From: Eledone cirrhosa
Lineage: Eukaryota
Reading direction: 5' to 3'
Assembly (NCBI GenBank): GCA_964016885.1
Contig: OZ024740.1
Span: 247,566,001-247,630,000, forward strand
Length of the DNA stretch: 64,000 nucleotides
Shown here: positions 62,003-64,000 of the stretch, piece by piece
How positions within the stretch are numbered: position 1 is the first letter of the stretch
How the letters are laid out: each line of letters starts with the position of its first letter
Notes under the pieces: model-generated
What the model was told of the DNA's origin: nothing
Databases searched by the model: none
What the model saw: only the letters and a program-made list of their open reading frames with translations
Made by a program: the position numbers and the translations under genes

Positions 62003-63910
62003 CTGTAAACCATCAGGGCATTTAACTGTGTGGCAGGATTAACACCCGCCTAAACTGCTGCTGGCTTATAGTCTCCACCTAGGCAGCACTTGTTTCATTC
62101 AGAATTTGGTTCGCGGGGTTACTCTTTGTGGAAAATATCAAATCAGGATGGCGTACCTTGCTCAGCATTACATTAAAAGTAGATATGTAGATAGAATATG
62201 TGGATAGAATGCTTTACGTTATGCATTCCGGCTCTCTGCGTTCTAAATTCAAAACCGGCCGAGGTCAACTTTGTCTTTAATCCATTCGAAGTCGATAAAT
62301 AATGTAGCAGTCCAGTGTTGGAGGAGATTCTTCCTCTGTATCTCTTTTTCACTTCCTTTTTATTACCCCCCTTCCCTCTCTCTCTCTCAGAAATCCATCA
62401 TGTTCAAACCTACGGATGTGCTCCGGTTATAATGCCCATGGCACGTTATATCTCACTACGGGAGTTAAGGGTTCACATATACCCAGCGATGTAGATTACA
62501 CTATATGTAAATTTTCTAATGTGTCTGACAATGGGCTCGAACTCGAAATAACACAATTGCAAAGTGAACTTTCTGACCACAAAGCCATACCTGCGACGGT
62601 ATGTATTTTTTACTTATCCTGCTAGGCTCAGTAGCATGCCCAAATAGTTAAGATATTCGTCTCGCAATCTCGAGATACGTGGCATCTTAGAGGAATGTCG
62701 TTTATCATAGTCTCCGGTCGACCCGAAGCTTTGCGAGTGAAATCAAGTAGACGGAAACTATGGGGAAGCCAGTCGGATGAATTGCAATTGTAACTCAACG
62801 GTTCGGCTTTACTACACGCTGCCCCACACTGATTCTACTTGAGAATTACGTTATGAGTACATGTGTCTAGGGAATATTCACTCACTGATGTGCTATTTCA
62901 AGGAGTAAATAATTTAATTGAATACTCATCGTGAAACCGCTGAAGATCCATCGAACGCTGAATAACTGATCAATTACCTTGTGGACATGAAATTAACATA
63001 AGTTAAAAATGATTTTAAGTATCAAATTTGAGAAGACTGTGGGAAACCATGCGCTCTGTGGTATAATTAGTAACATGGTAAAAGATAGACACGGGTTCGA
63101 ATCTCGACAGTGTGTGCTTTTCTCTTTTCCATCTCAAAAAGCCTAATAGCATTTTACATTGAAAATCTAAACCAGAAATTACCTGTTTGTGGCATGACCA
63201 TCACCTAGTTAAATTACCTGTTTGTAGGCTCCATCTAGGTAGTATTTACAATCTCATTCGGGTCTTTATCTATTGCGAAAAACGTGAAATTAAAGAACAA
63301 CTTGCTCGATATTACACTATATGTGGAAATGTAGCTAGCCTAATACGATTTTATATTGAAAATCTAAACGAGCGATTGCCAGCCATGAATGGTCACTAAT
63401 GTAGTAGTTGAGGACAGTAAGCTAAATTTAAAGTTGTAAGAGGTTACAGTTTAAAATATATAAGTACTCATGATAAGGCTGACAAAAATAAACTTTTAAC
63501 ATTTCTAAATCGTTTTTTGTCTTTGTTTTTTTTTAGGAATAGTCTATTTTTAATCGCTTTTTAGAACTTGATCTACGCTTAAAGTTCTCTGTCATTAAAC
63601 ACGAAATCTGTTACGTAATATCAATACAATAGCATTAGACTTCTCATTAAACAAGTAAGTGTGTGATTCATTACTGTTATCCATTTAATTGAATTTATCT
63701 GAATATTTAGTTACATCGCATCTTCCAAATGAGAGATGAAACTGAGAAAAAGAGTATAGGATTAGTTAATAAAATCACCTTGTTGAGTAAAAACACCTTC
63801 CAAAAGCCCCTGGGTCTGTGAGAAATTTCATTTTTTATATAAGGGCCATTAGTAGTGAAAGTGTTTGAAACCACTAATCTAAACAGTTGATTTATTCATA
63901 TATTACATAC

Positions 63911-64000
63911 CACACTAAAAAATTTGTTATCTCCTGATCCAGGATGTAGAGGACTGTGATGGCAAGTTTTTTTAGGAGTTGTGTTCAAATCATATGTGGC
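63911..64000 (-). CDS. GH18 chitinase-like gene, exon running off the window
   Basis: ATYDLNTTPKKTCHHSPLHPGSGDNKFFSV|GTatgt; matches MxYD......tghhspL; phase 0 join to the 58981 exon. Confidence 0.88.

Overview
AT-rich, microsatellite-saturated animal genomic DNA, most likely an Octopus-type cephalopod (inferred from repeat content, not proven). The only host gene found is the 3' part of a minus-strand GH18 chitinase-like gene (4 exons, 41057-64000). The rest is dominated by retroelements: an intact two-ORF Tx1/L1-clade LINE plus three defective relatives sitting in different microsatellites, two R4/Dong-like elements, an RTE remnant, SINE remnants and a hAT-type MITE. A dense nest of Penelope-like elements (PLEs) and non-coding derivatives is inserted into (TA)n tracts. 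Reading by eye, I find about 22 type I hammerhead ribozyme (HHR) motifs, some of them degenerate. Highlights: (i) a non-coding, circularly permuted ~420-510 nt HHR repeat (retrozyme-like) at two loci; (ii) two unrelated HHR families with the compensatory U3:A8 core; (iii) a CCGAAGG-core HHR with a very long stem II, whose predicted cut site matches the start of the element's inverted segment; (iv) two GC-rich ~215-nt repeats with compensatory base changes (unknown structured RNA) in an ORF-less HHR element; (v) several fold-back HHR palindromes; (vi) a copy of the chitinase 3' end fused head-to-head to a PLE. All structures were paired by eye, and element boundaries are approximate.
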